From the NCBI GenBank assembly GCA_963667015.2, contig CAXXJJ010000001.1:160001-224000 (forward strand): DNA of 64,000 bases, written 5' to 3'. Of the stretch, positions 9,899 through 17,953 are shown piece by piece. The position numbers were made by a program, and so were the translations under genes. The stretch's first letter is position 1. The number at the start of each line of letters is the position of its first letter. Source of the DNA: Desulfatiglandales bacterium (GTDB lineage: Bacteria; Desulfobacterota; DSM-4660; Desulfatiglandales; HGW-15). Under the pieces are notes generated by a model. The model was not told where the DNA came from, did not search any database, and saw only the letters and a program-made list of their open reading frames with translations.

Positions 9899-11560
9899 GT
9901 GAAAATAAAGATTTTAGAGGGCAAGCTTGAAGGCCATTCCTTTGAAATTAACAGCGATAATTTTCTTATAGGCCGCGCATCGGAAAGTGATATCCAGATT
10001 CCCGATTCCTCTATTTCAAGGCTTCATGCAAAAATATTCAGGAGCGGCAAGAAATATTTTATCAAAGACCTGAAAAGCTGCAATGGGACCTGGGTAGACG
10101 GACGACTGATATGGCCCGGTGATAAGGTTGAACTGCGGCCGGGCCTGAGGCTTTCTGTCGGAGATACCCTTCTTTCTCTGGACAATCTTGATTCGGGCAG
10201 CAGCAGTGCTGTCGGTTATTCTATTGATCTTTCATCAGTAAAAGAGCGCGGAAGTGTTGATTTTTTATTCAGGGACCGCAGGATAGCAAACAGGAAGAAC
10301 CTGGAGCTTATCTGTGAAATTTCCGAAGCCCTGCTGCACCCGCTTGAACTTGATGCCCTGTGCGAGAAGATTCTTGATTACATCCTGTACAACCTGAGAA
10401 GGGTCAGCAGCTGTTCAATCCTTATGATCGATAAAAACAGTGATAATATATACAAACTCATGGACAGGACAAGAGACAGCCATCGTGGGAGTGATGTGAA
10501 CTACAGCCTCAGCATTGTCAGGCAGGTCGTAGACGAGGGCAATGCAACTATGATCGCGGACCTTGATGATCTGGATATAGAGCCGACGGAAAGTATGGAA
10601 CTGATGAATATCAAATCGATCATTTGTGTTCCCCTTATATCAAATGGCGAAATAACCGGTGTGATATATGCGCATTCAGTTGATGAGCCCAGCGGCTTTC
10701 GAAAAGAAGATCTCTACATGCTTGTTGCCCTGAGCAGTTATGTTTCAATAGCAATAGACAATGCAACGCAGCATACCCTGAAAAGACGGGGACGTCACAA
10801 TATGGATATCCAGTCTATCCTGAGGCACAAACTGGAAGGCATAAAAAGCCTTACCGGGGTTATCTCCCACGAGTTCAATAACCTGCTTATGTGCATACAG
10901 GGTGAAACATCTCTCCTGTTATATGAAACCCCGAAGGAAGATCCCAGATATGAAAGACTGAAGCAGATAGAAAAATATATAGGAAAGGGTGCAGAGCTGT
11001 CCGCGCTGACATGCGGATTTCCTCTTGCTCCGCAGGATCTGAAGAGGTGCCCTGATCTAAGCAGGGTGGTTACTGATTCAGTGAATAAATCTGTCAGTCT
11101 GCCCTGTAACACCTTTAACCTGGAAAAGGCATCTGGTCTGTGGACGGTAAATATTGACGAGGAACAGATACTTCATGCCCTTTCAAATCTATATTCCTTT
11201 TTTCTGTCTTTCAGGGACCAGGGCATAATGCATATCAGGTGTGAAAACCTTATTCCCGACAGCCTCATGCAGGAACTTGCAGGCATTGAAAGGGACAGGT
11301 TTGTAATGATTTCTGTCAGGGACGAAAAAATTTCCCTTGATAAAAACGACTTGCTGGAGATATTTACACCCGGAACAGGACCCGGGAAGAGCGGAAAATC
11401 GAGTACAGGCACAGGGCTTATTACCGCCTACTGGATTATTGAAAAGAATATGGGAAGGCTTGTTGTTACGAGTGATAAGGAAAGAGGCACTGAGTTCCGT
11501 ATATATCTGCCGGCTGAGGAAAAACAGGCTGACGAAAAACAGACTGCCGCCTTCGCTTAA
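9899..11560 (+). CDS. FHA-GAF-histidine kinase-like protein
   Basis: FHA motifs (IGR, SRLHA, DLKSCNGT), GAF domain (SIICVPL), H-box SHEFNNLL, degenerate HATPase. Confidence 0.8.
   Translation: MKIKILEGKLEGHSFEINSDNFLIGRASESDIQIPDSSISRLHAKIFRSGKKYFIKDLKSCNGTWVDGRLIWPGDKVELRPGLRLSVGDTLLSLDNLDSGSSSAVGYSIDLSSVKERGSVDFLFRDRRIANRKNLELICEISEALLHPLELDALCEKILDYILYNLRRVSSCSILMIDKNSDNIYKLMDRTRDSHRGSDVNYSLSIVRQVVDEGNATMIADLDDLDIEPTESMELMNIKSIICVPLISNGEITGVIYAHSVDEPSGFRKEDLYMLVALSSYVSIAIDNATQHTLKRRGRHNMDIQSILRHKLEGIKSLTGVISHEFNNLLMCIQGETSLLLYETPKEDPRYERLKQIEKYIGKGAELSALTCGFPLAPQDLKRCPDLSRVVTDSVNKSVSLPCNTFNLEKASGLWTVNIDEEQILHALSNLYSFFLSFRDQGIMHIRCENLIPDSLMQELAGIERDRFVMISVRDEKISLDKNDLLEIFTPGTGPGKSGKSSTGTGLITAYWIIEKNMGRLVVTSDKERGTEFRIYLPAEEKQADEKQTAAFA
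11519..11546 (+). repeat. 28-bp direct repeat, left copy (island boundary)
   Basis: GAAAAACAGGCTGACGAAAAACAGACTG; matches 19353-19380 with one mismatch. Confidence 0.75.
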
Positions 11561-11770
11561 GCTATGGCGTGCGAGGGAAGGGGTTCAGGCTTAAGAAAAG
11601 ACTGAAAAGCTAAAAACCTTCAGGCTGTCTTTTTCCTTCGCCTTATACCTGCTGCCCTCATTTTTTTTGAATTGCTCAATTCACATCCAAATTTCCTAAG
11701 AACATATCAGCTGGAAGATCGGCTTGATAATGAGGTTAATCCTCTAAAGATTCCGAATGCTTAATGATCC

Positions 11771-11804
11771 TTGACAAATACATATGCGGTTGTACAATTG
11801 TCAA
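11771..11804 (+). promoter_or_regulatory. Sigma-70 promoter/operator of the TA operon
   Basis: TTGACA-N16-TACAAT overlapped by the inverted repeat TTGACAA...TTGTCAA. Confidence 0.55.
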
Positions 11805-11827
11805 TATTAATACCGATGGAGACACAT

Positions 11828-12220
11828 ATGGATATAATCATTGATACATCAGCATTAATAGCAGTTATTGTTGGAGAACCTGAAAGGGATCACATTATAG
11901 ATATTACCTCGGGGAATAATCTTATCGGCCCGGGTTCAATTCCCTGGGAGATGGGGAACGCTTTTTCGGCAATGTTTAAGCAAAACAGGCTTACCCTTAA
12001 AGAAGCTGAAAAAGGGTATGCAATATTCAGAGGCATTCCTATCCGTTTTGTAGAGCCGGATTTCATAAATGCACTAAAGTTATCGAAAAAAACCAATATG
12101 TATGCCTATGATGCTTATCTTCTTGATTGCGCAATTAGATATAAAGCTCCTATACTGACACTTGACAAGAAGTTATTAACAGTTGCCAGTAATATAAATA
12201 TAGAAACACTGGAGGTTTAA
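11828..12220 (+). CDS. vapC: PIN-domain (VapC family) toxin
   Basis: IIIDTSAL, WEMGNA, YAYDAYLL and LTLDKKL acidic PIN motifs; start after GGAG RBS. Confidence 0.85.
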   Translation: MDIIIDTSALIAVIVGEPERDHIIDITSGNNLIGPGSIPWEMGNAFSAMFKQNRLTLKEAEKGYAIFRGIPIRFVEPDFINALKLSKKTNMYAYDAYLLDCAIRYKAPILTLDKKLLTVASNINIETLEV

Positions 12221-12221
12221 A

Positions 12222-12440
12222 ATGCAAATATATACTTATTCAGAAGCCAGGCAAAAACTTGCTTCAGTGCTTGAGCAGGCTGAAAATACAGGAAAAGTTT
12301 TAATACAGAGAAAGGATGGACGTACTTTTGCTTTGATCCCCGAGAAAAAAAATGCATCACCTTTAGATGTACCAACGATTAAAGCTAAAATTACTACAAA
12401 AGAAATTATTGATATTGTCAGGGAAGGAAGGGAAAGATAG
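12222..12440 (+). CDS. Phd/YefM family antitoxin
   Basis: YTYSEARQKLASVLEQA...VLIQRKDG Phd-like N-terminus; 1 nt after the toxin stop. Confidence 0.8.
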   Translation: MQIYTYSEARQKLASVLEQAENTGKVLIQRKDGRTFALIPEKKNASPLDVPTIKAKITTKEIIDIVREGRER

Positions 12441-12531
12441 GAGAGATAGGAACGATAAAAATACAGAGATGATGTAAAATTGAGGACGCAGGTAAAAAGG
12501 TAAAAGCTCTATGTAGTTAATAGGGGAATAG

Positions 12532-13626
12532 GGGGACGTAGGTAAAAAGATAAATTAAATTGACATGCAGATCGTGTAGTGTTAAGAAGGCAGCATGCCA
12601 AGAAAATCACGTATAGACGCTCCCGGTGCGTTGCATCACATCATGGTCAGAGGTATTGACCGGAAGGATATCTTTACAGATCAAAAAGATTATTCCGATT
12701 TCATAAAACGTCTTGGCGACCTGCTGATAGAAACAAGAACATCATGCTATGCATGGGCCTTAATACCTAACCACTTTCACCTGTTGCTCAAGACTGGAAA
12801 TGTCCCTATCTCCCATCTTATGAAAAGGCTTTTAACAGGATATGCGGTTGTTTTTAACAGACGCCATGGCCGTTCAGGTCATCTTTTTCAAAATCGTTAC
12901 AAATCAATACTATGCCAGGAAGACTCCTACCTACTGGAGCTCGTTCGCTATATCCATTTGAATCCTTTAAGGGCAAAGCTTATAGAAGAATATAAAAATC
13001 TGTCGGGTTTTTTATATTGCGGTCATGGTGCAATAATGGGGCGCAGAACAGTTGAGTGGCAGGATACAGAATATGTACTTAGACTCTTTGGAAAAAAAGA
13101 AGGCGGGGCAAGGAGAGAGTACAGCACATTTGTACGCAAAGGAATAAAAGAGGGTAGCAGGCCTGATTTAACCGGAGGAGGTTTATTACGAAGTTATGGA
13201 GGGTGGACCGGAGTAAAAGTATTAAGAGAAACTGGAGAGTATCAGAAAGGTGATGAGAGGATACTGGGTGATGGGAGATTTGTTAGGGAAATACTTGGCA
13301 ATGCTGACGAGAAGTTAAAAAAGAAATATCAGATGAAGGCAGAAGGCTATGATCTGAAAAAACTGACAGAGCGTGTGTCAGAAATTACAGGCATAAGTAC
13401 AAAAGAAATATTTGAAAGCCAGAGGGACAAAAATCGTACAGATGCGAGGAGTATATTATGCTTCTGGGCAAAAGAAGAATTAGAAATGACACAGCGTGAA
13501 CTTGCAATTCTCCTGAAACTGACGCCTCCTGCGGTCAGCTATGCTGTTAAAAGGGGCAAGGTGATAGTCGAAAAGAACTTATATTCGATTAAGGCTAAAT
13601 AGATTTACTTTTTTACCTACGTCCCC
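12532..13626 (+). mobile_element. Y1/HUH-transposase element bounded by ~24-bp terminal inverted repeats
   Basis: Left GGGGACGTAGGTAAAAAGATAAAT (12532-12555) and right reverse complement GGGGACGTAGGTAAAAAAGTAAAT (13603-13626), 22/24 identical; a degenerate third copy lies at 12482-12504. Confidence 0.75.
12595..13602 (+). CDS. REP-associated-type Y1 (HUH) transposase with C-terminal DnaA-like HTH
   Basis: HHIMVRG, NHFHLL (HUH), LFQNRYKS, YIHLNP catalytic Tyr; C-terminal ARSILCFW...TQRELA helix-turn-helix. Confidence 0.88.
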   Translation: MPRKSRIDAPGALHHIMVRGIDRKDIFTDQKDYSDFIKRLGDLLIETRTSCYAWALIPNHFHLLLKTGNVPISHLMKRLLTGYAVVFNRRHGRSGHLFQNRYKSILCQEDSYLLELVRYIHLNPLRAKLIEEYKNLSGFLYCGHGAIMGRRTVEWQDTEYVLRLFGKKEGGARREYSTFVRKGIKEGSRPDLTGGGLLRSYGGWTGVKVLRETGEYQKGDERILGDGRFVREILGNADEKLKKKYQMKAEGYDLKKLTERVSEITGISTKEIFESQRDKNRTDARSILCFWAKEELEMTQRELAILLKLTPPAVSYAVKRGKVIVEKNLYSIKAK

Positions 13627-13752
13627 TAAAATATTATCAATATTCTTTGTTAGTGACATAGCTTTTCCATTGCTTTAATGTGTTGCTAATAGAAAGCATA
13701 ATTTTACAGTGGTACAAGTAGTAGCTTGTAAAATTCATTATAATCTAAAAAG

Positions 13753-14181
13753 TCATCCATCTATCCATTTCCCAACAGCAAAATGGTATTCAACTACATC
13801 TGATCCATGGTCTTCCACTTCACCATTAGTAATTATTCTCGTTATATCTAAAACACATTGATTACCTTTAATTATATCATCAATTTGCCCATGGACTTCA
13901 GCGCGAAAATAATTGCGGCCATCTTTCGTTTGGAGAATAGTACGATGTTCAGATGCTATGGAGTGAGCAATATAATTTCTTGCATTTCGAGCATTATGAA
14001 TAATTTTATCGACATGTTGTGGTAACGAATGGCTATCAACCAGTCTATTAATTTTTTGATACAAAGTGCCTTTCTGCATCGCTAAATATACAATCAACGA
14101 AAAGTCTGGTTCAGTAGTATCTAATTCAGTCAGATGGGCTAACTTTCGGCAATTATTTTCAAATTCAGTTGCATAAGCCAT
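13753..14181 (-). CDS. Hypothetical cassette protein with HEPN-like RxxxxH motif
   Basis: Helical 142-aa ORF containing RNYIAH; AT-rich; same orientation as the cassette array. Confidence 0.55.
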   Translation of the reverse strand: MAYATEFENNCRKLAHLTELDTTEPDFSLIVYLAMQKGTLYQKINRLVDSHSLPQHVDKIIHNARNARNYIAHSIASEHRTILQTKDGRNYFRAEVHGQIDDIIKGNQCVLDITRIITNGEVEDHGSDVVEYHFAVGKWIDG

Positions 14182-14368
14182 TTATTGTTCCTTTTTTTAT
14201 TTTAGGATAGTTTTCTTCAAACCAATTTAGGATTTCTTTCCTGCTGAAATAACCACCTTCTTGCAATGTCTTTCGCTCTATAAGTCCAAATCCTTCCGAT
14301 TTAGGTGGCGTAAAAGAATTTATAAAATCAGTGATCAACTCTTTCGTTGACTTGGAATAAATTGACAT
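14165..14368 (-). pseudogene. Probable truncated cassette gene (resembles the N-terminus of NucS/DUF91-domain proteins)
   Basis: Good RBS (AAGGA) and MSIYSK...WFEENYPKIKKGTI, then an abrupt end overlapping the next ORF; family recalled from memory. Confidence 0.45.
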
Positions 14369-14406
14369 GTGGAATATCCTTATTTAAATTTGAATGGTTA
14401 AACACG

Positions 14407-15336
14407 CTATACGACAACCCATTCCGCTTGGCCATCCCTGAACGAAAATCTCAAGTCAAATCCTAAATTCACTCCTGCCCCTCCAAAGGAGAGGGTTTCT
14501 GGGTACTTCGCAAGGAATTTTTCAAACCAATCACGCATCGTCTTAGGAGATACCCCTCCTTCTCCATTCCTTGAATACGAAAAAACTGCGGTAGATAAGT
14601 TTATCTTAGCGATCTCATAAGCCGCTTCTGATGGAGCGACTCCGATACCTTCAATAAACACTTCCGATGCCCCCCAAAGTAATTGGCCTGAAGGTGTTGA
14701 GCAGATACACAAGCAGTGGGTCCATCCTTGTGAGTCAGCTTGTGCGAAATACGATGGTGTTGGTGTCGAGATAACACCCTGTTCGAATAACCGATGTAAA
14801 TTTCCGGTAGCTTGGAGTGAGAGCCACAGAGGAAATCGATGTTCCGAGATCACTGAATCGGACATCGTAAGCATTGGGTCAAAAACTTCTTCTTGAGGCA
14901 AATAGCCAGAGTCTTGTGCTTCTACGATAATTTGCTGAGCAAAAAACATCCGCACGAACCAAACCAGGTAGTTTTTCTTGTTTGCCGAGGTAATGATATG
15001 CTTGTCCCGAACTCGAATTAATGGTAACCCCAGATCGCTGCAGATTTTGTTCTTCTTCCGATCGTTTATGCATGCTCGTTCATCGTTCCAGTGTGTGGGT
15101 CCGTCAAATTCCACTGCGAAAAGCGGTAATGTACTCTCGTCGGCAATGACGAAGTCAAGATGAGACGACAAAGCATATTTGTAATGTTCATTATCCAATC
15201 CAGAGTTAGTAATATCCAACGCATCCGCCACCCTAACTTTGGGGGATATTCGAACGCTCCGGTCCTGACAAGCGAACTTCAGAACGTTCTCTGTAGTCTC
15301 CTCACTTCGATTCAATAGTTTCTTTCTATGGTCCAT
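14407..15336 (-). CDS. DUF2726 (PD-(D/E)xK-like) domain protein, gene cassette 3
   Basis: KVRVAD, HLDFVI, AVEFDGPTH, DRKKNKIC...GLPLIRV motifs; start after GAGGAG, just downstream of attC. Confidence 0.75.
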   Translation of the reverse strand: MDHRKKLLNRSEETTENVLKFACQDRSVRISPKVRVADALDITNSGLDNEHYKYALSSHLDFVIADESTLPLFAVEFDGPTHWNDERACINDRKKNKICSDLGLPLIRVRDKHIITSANKKNYLVWFVRMFFAQQIIVEAQDSGYLPQEEVFDPMLTMSDSVISEHRFPLWLSLQATGNLHRLFEQGVISTPTPSYFAQADSQGWTHCLCICSTPSGQLLWGASEVFIEGIGVAPSEAAYEIAKINLSTAVFSYSRNGEGGVSPKTMRDWFEKFLAKYPETLSFGGAGVNLGFDLRFSFRDGQAEWVVV

Positions 15337-15374
15337 CAAAGGCATCTCCTCAAAATATTCTGTCACGCGAAGCG

Positions 15375-15436
15375 ACCCAACGCCCGGCGTCATGGGCGGC
15401 GCGGTTTTCGCCGTCCCTTGCACGCCGATGTTAGCC
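15375..15436 (-). other. Integron attC site (cassette 2)
   Basis: Minus strand GGCTAAC-ATCGG-CGTGCAAGGGA-CGGCG...CGCCG-CCCATGACG-CCGGGC-GTTGGGT: R''/L''/L'/R' hairpin with extrahelical bases, 62 bp. Confidence 0.88.
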
Positions 15437-15457
15437 TCCAATTAAAATATTTATGAT

Positions 15458-16348
15458 TCATATCTTCGAATGGTATATCTCTAATTCATAACGATTTTGG
15501 ATAATTCGGGCCTCTTTTAACTCGACATTAATGCCAGAATTCGAAATGAGAGAACTTACTATATCTTTATTTGCATCTGTCATCTGACACCCGAGAATAA
15601 CTGATTTCAAAGCACCGTCAGGTAATGGAACAAAACCCTTTTCGGATGTAGGAATATTTGGGAAAACATACGGTAGCTCCGCTGTGACGAGACGAAATTC
15701 ATCTTCATAGCTCCATATGATAGATTTTGAGATTAAAGGCTTTAGATTTTCAAATACGCCTTGCTCATATAAATTAAAAATTGGATATTTCTTCATGTAT
15801 TGAATTTGTAGAGCACCACAGAAAAGGCTATTCTTCACCGAAAACTCAAGACAAACACCTTGGTGCTTGTCACCATAGTGTGACCACATGAGATGTGAAT
15901 CAGGATGGATGCTCATACAAAAAACTCGATACTGAGATTGAATAGCCTTTTCCATTTCTGAGGTCATCTGATCTATTAGGGATTCAAGCAATCTGTAATT
16001 CGATCTTAACTCTTGCTCTCGATGTAGATGTTCCTTCTCTGGCAAAGATGGATTGTTTTTTCTGTCGCAGTGCGCAAACCAATCCACTATACGGTCGTAT
16101 TCTTTTGGGTCTTTTAACTCCTCCTTGTTGAAACATGGACGGCAATCCCAAGGATCATTGAAATCTTTTGGATTTGAGCAATATACTGATTTTTCAGTAA
16201 AGACCCGTGCGAGACGTTCAGGTTTTGTGAACGGTGTATAGTGGAACAGGCTATCAATTTTAAGTTCAGTTGCTGTTTTAAATTTCACTTTGTTCCTTGA
16301 TCGACACCACCGAAATAAAAACCGTCGGATAATACAATTTGAATGCAT
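15458..16348 (-). CDS. DUF2971 domain protein, gene cassette 2
   Basis: LFHY, FNDPWDC, LMWSHYGDKHQGVCLEF, KSIIWSYEDEFR and SVILG motifs. Confidence 0.85.
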   Translation of the reverse strand: MHSNCIIRRFLFRWCRSRNKVKFKTATELKIDSLFHYTPFTKPERLARVFTEKSVYCSNPKDFNDPWDCRPCFNKEELKDPKEYDRIVDWFAHCDRKNNPSLPEKEHLHREQELRSNYRLLESLIDQMTSEMEKAIQSQYRVFCMSIHPDSHLMWSHYGDKHQGVCLEFSVKNSLFCGALQIQYMKKYPIFNLYEQGVFENLKPLISKSIIWSYEDEFRLVTAELPYVFPNIPTSEKGFVPLPDGALKSVILGCQMTDANKDIVSSLISNSGINVELKEARIIQNRYELEIYHSKI

Positions 16349-16360
16349 GATGGATTACCC

Positions 16361-16427
16361 GGATAACGCGCTGCATAAGCGGTTTGGCAAGTTTTTCGCC
16401 AAATCCGACTTGATGCTGATGTTAGGG
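16361..16427 (-). other. Integron attC site (cassette 1)
   Basis: Minus strand CCCTAAC-ATCAG-CATCAAGTCGGATTTGGC...GCCAAACCGCTTATG-CAGCGC-GTTATCC, a 67-bp hairpin with extrahelical bases. Confidence 0.88.
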
Positions 16428-16436
16428 CTTTTTTCT

Positions 16437-17279
16437 TTATCTATCACGCCACTCCAGTGAACTTTGTTCTTTAAGGTAGTGTGCACCTGCAAACTTTTTG
16501 AAGTATGGACCAGTTCTAATATTATTCATCAATCTCCAAAACCATTGCCTTGGGATTTCCTTTGTTACATCTACAGGATATTCATAACGATATCTTATGT
16601 CGTTTGGGTCATCTTTTGTGTAAGATACTCTATATGTTGGCTGTAGGTAGCTTTGGATGCTCCAGCGTATGTTGTTTAGCATCTCACCAAGCCAGGTTCC
16701 GTAATAAATAAAATAATTTTCCTGCAAATGACCCCGAAAATCATCTAATGCCAATGGGATTTGTTCTAAAGGTACTGAATATCCATTGCTTTCTAAAATT
16801 GAATGAATCTGCTTTGATACGCCAGTTAATCTTGAAAGATTATGTTTACAATGATTCCCAGATATTGAAATGAAATCTAACCGGCTAACTTCTATATCTG
16901 CTTCAATGTCAAGAGTTGGTAGCCATAGTTTGATTGTGGTTTTATAGTTTAACCATTCATCCAACTCCTTTACTGATATTTGCAAAGATTCAATACTATT
17001 ATCTTGATCGAAAGAGCGAGTATCACATGCAGATTGTAGCACTTTTAAACAAGAGCCAGATACTCCAATTAGCCTGCTATCACCACTTTCTTTTACAAAA
17101 TCAAGGAGCCGAATTATGAATAAGTCTCGGTGAATATGCGAATGGAAATAAACTTCAACTTCCCCTGGATACGCTGAAACGTCTCTGAGCTCTAACAATG
17201 CATGATTTGCAATATCTCCAACTGCTTCAAGAGATATACATAGGCCAATAGTTTCTTTTTCAGCAGTATTGTATCTCAT
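16437..17279 (-). CDS. Hypothetical protein, gene cassette 1
   Basis: 280-aa ORF starting 6 nt after GTTAGGG and ending 9 nt before the attC. Confidence 0.75.
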   Translation of the reverse strand: MRYNTAEKETIGLCISLEAVGDIANHALLELRDVSAYPGEVEVYFHSHIHRDLFIIRLLDFVKESGDSRLIGVSGSCLKVLQSACDTRSFDQDNSIESLQISVKELDEWLNYKTTIKLWLPTLDIEADIEVSRLDFISISGNHCKHNLSRLTGVSKQIHSILESNGYSVPLEQIPLALDDFRGHLQENYFIYYGTWLGEMLNNIRWSIQSYLQPTYRVSYTKDDPNDIRYRYEYPVDVTKEIPRQWFWRLMNNIRTGPYFKKFAGAHYLKEQSSLEWRDR

Positions 17280-17285
17280 CTCGAT

Positions 17286-17345
17286 CCCTAACAAGTTATT
17301 CTAAAGATCCGTCTATCTTCACAATTTGAAGGTTATACGGAAAGA
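17286..17345 (-). other. attI-like first recombination site of the cassette array
   Basis: GTTAGGG core (17292-17286) is the exact complement of the cassette-1 R'' CCCTAAC; no attC-type hairpin upstream, only an imperfect TCCGT..CTTCA/TGAAG..ACGGA inverted repeat. Confidence 0.6.
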
Positions 17346-17404
17346 TAGCGGATAATTATCTTGGGATTATATTTAAAAATGCCATTTTTTTGTGAGACTT
17401 GTGG

Positions 17405-17433
17405 ATATTACACATTTTTGTATAAGTGATCAA
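17405..17433 (-). promoter_or_regulatory. Pc-like sigma-70 promoter facing the cassette array
   Basis: Minus strand TTGATC-N17-TAATAT, ~115 bp upstream of the attI-like core. Confidence 0.5.
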
Positions 17434-17674
17434 GAAGGATAAATTCGGACGTCATTTCTCCTGAGTCCAGCTTTCGGGGAAAGGTTTTTGCATTAAAAAA
17501 TGTGCATCGTGCACATGGTGTTGTGCATCTTTAATTTTTTTTAAATCATCAAAACAAAACAGATTAATACCTTTTCATATCTATCAATGAGATCGAATGC
17601 CCTGCCATTACTGCCTTTTACTAATTTTCATCTTTGTCCGCATCAATATGGCATGAAGATTGTAATATCAAAAG

Positions 17675-17930
17675 CAGTCTGAAGCGGTTTAGGCTAAAGG
17701 CTGTTAGGAAATGCAAAATACACTTAATAGTTTTCAACCTATTAAACAGCTTCATACTGTTTTTATAGCACCTCTGAATTAAAATAAATTCAAATTTATA
17801 AGTTTTATCAGCATTGCCATAGGCCATGTAAAAACCCTGTCAGCAATCCATGGACCGGCAAAGCCCTGGTGACGGCGGCAGTCCAACAGCATTCTTCCTA
17901 ACAGTCTTCAGACTAACAGCCTTCAGTCTG
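17675..17930. repeat. AGGCTGA/AGACTGA-type palindromic repeat element
   Basis: Arm CAGTCTGAAGCGGTTTAGGCTAAAGGCTGTTAGGAAATGC (17675-) is complementary to GCATTCTTCCTAACAGTCTTCAGACTAACAGCCTTCAGTCTG (-17930); also similar to 19374-19457. Confidence 0.65.
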
Positions 17931-17953
17931 ATTCAAAGAGAAAGGAAACGATC

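Noticed and set aside
15337..15441. N-terminal extension of the 344-aa ORF
   Set aside because: It reads through the attC site; the RBS supports a start at 15336.
17621..17827. 68-aa ORF as an intI remnant
   Set aside because: It is on the wrong strand for a divergent intI, has no tyrosine-recombinase motifs and overlaps a repeat arm.
17860..17885. GGCAAAGCC..GGTGAC..GGC resembling the first stem of a c-di-GMP-I riboswitch
   Set aside because: The downstream GCAAA segment and second stem are absent.
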